Below are positions 62,488 through 64,000 of a stretch of DNA of 64,000 bases, one piece after another. The DNA lies in NCBI RefSeq assembly GCF_009914755.1, contig NC_060937.1. One strand, 5' to 3'. The position numbers were made by a program, and so were the translations under genes. The notes under the pieces are model-generated. The model worked only from the letters and a program-made list of their open reading frames with translations, was not told the DNA's origin and did no database searches. The first letter of the stretch is position 1, and every line of letters begins with the position of its first letter. The stretch is from the human T2T-CHM13v2.0 reference genome, Homo sapiens.

Positions 62488-64000
62488 AAATATTTAGGGA
62501 TGACAAAACTCCGCTTGTCTCAAGGTTTTTCAAGGTTTACTTTTCTCTTCAGAATCTCTGCATGCTAGGTGTTCTAAAAATAGCAACAAACATAAAATTG
62601 ATGCCTGGCATCAGTAGTTAGAGTATGGGGACAATTAATGAGCCTATCATAGGTCAACACCTATTTGATCATCTATCCACTTCTCATAAGTTCATCATTG
62701 TTTACATTAAATTACACTCAGAAAAATAAATTACAGTCGTTGTCTATCAGCAACCCTTGGTTACACTTAACTTGATAGTTGGAAATAACAGGACTATTTT
62801 TAAAAGTTGTCTGGGTTTTGCAGTTACCTAATGGAGGTAATTAACTTTACTTTTTATCTGATTCCAGTAAAACGATTATGAAAACATATCACAACTGCTC
62901 TTCTATAAAGCTTTGAGATACATTTGAGTCCTTACAGTGTTCTAAATTTTGATTGTTTAAACAATAACAGGGAAGTCCACTTAGAGGGCACAGCAAAAAG
63001 GAATCATAGACTTTGGACTAATTCATTACTATTCTTACAAAGACCTGTTGGATTTCTGTTGTCAGCAAATGTCCAACTCATTAATATTGCACTTCTGTCT
63101 TCAGGAGGCAGCTGCTTCTTCATGAACTTCCTTGGAATTTGGCTGCAACACAGCACTCTATTCTAGGACTCAACTGTCTCCACTGAAAACATTTTCTTTT
63201 GCAGTGTGGCTCCCTGATGGGTCTCCTTGTGTTTCATTTCTGCTTTGTATGACATCTACTGCAAATAGCTGTTTATGCTCTATTTTATGGTGTCATGCTT
63301 TCTCTTTGGTGTATTAACATCTTGAAAGTCTTCTATTAGCTGTTTTCTACTTTAATTAGTTGCCTGCCACTCACGTTTCTTAGAGTTACATAATCTCCAA
63401 TAGGTAGTAAAGTAAATTATCTGGCACTTTTCTTTATGCCAATTTGTTTTAAATGTATCTTAATAGTTTTTAGAGGGCATATATTATCATTAAGATAACA
63501 TATCAATAAAGACTAAATATTCTTTCATGACCACATAAGATATAAATATATAAACAAATATATCTTTAAAAAGTGAGGGAGAATAAACTAGCTCAATGCC
63601 AAAAAGAAATTGAGTCATAATTAAACAAGGTGAGGTTTATCATAAATAATGATAGGTGAGGAAGACTTTTGACAAATATGTAAAATATGATTTTGGGATT
63701 TCTTATTTATGCAACTGAAGTAACACCCATCTCATGTAATATTTACAAAGTATCAGCATTTTGCCTTAAAAATAGCAGGTATCAATAAAAATTAATTATG
63801 TCATATCATACCATATCATATAGAGGTGTATGGTTATTAATTTAATTCAACATAAATCTTTTTTGTGACTACTAGGTATCAGATCTATGCCTACTATGTG
63901 ACTGTACTGTGATCGTGTATCATACTAATTTTAATTAACTCATTGCCTAAGAGATGAACCACAAACTTTGATTACACACATAGAACATGGTTTAGAGGAA

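Overview
Human/primate-type, AT-rich, non-coding DNA that is largely transposon-derived. I recognise no intact cellular protein-coding exon; most ORFs in the supplied track lie within Alu, L1 or LTR sequence and the rest are unrecognised. Main contents: about 17 Alu elements, L1 copies of several ages (old L1M/HAL1, an internally deleted L1PB, a near full-length L1MB with nested insertions, a young 5'-truncated L1PA), MaLR/ERVL solo LTRs (THE1, MST, MLT1, MLT2A, MLT2), two ERV1 solo LTRs and two LTR12 (ERV9) solo LTRs. One LTR12 sits inside a two-LTR, pol-less, tRNA-Pro-primed HUERS-P-type provirus. Less obvious finds are a decayed Ty3/Gypsy LTR-PBS-gag fossil (about 37.38-38.15 kb, minus strand), a tailless 33-nt U2 snRNA retrocopy with TSD, a 60-bp non-tandem copy of nearby HAL1 sequence, a perfect 66-bp tandem duplication, a deletion fusing THE1 to L1 ORF2, and fold-back palindromic microsatellites. 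I see no convincing new functional system. Subfamily names come from recalled consensus sequences and need RepeatMasker/Dfam confirmation.
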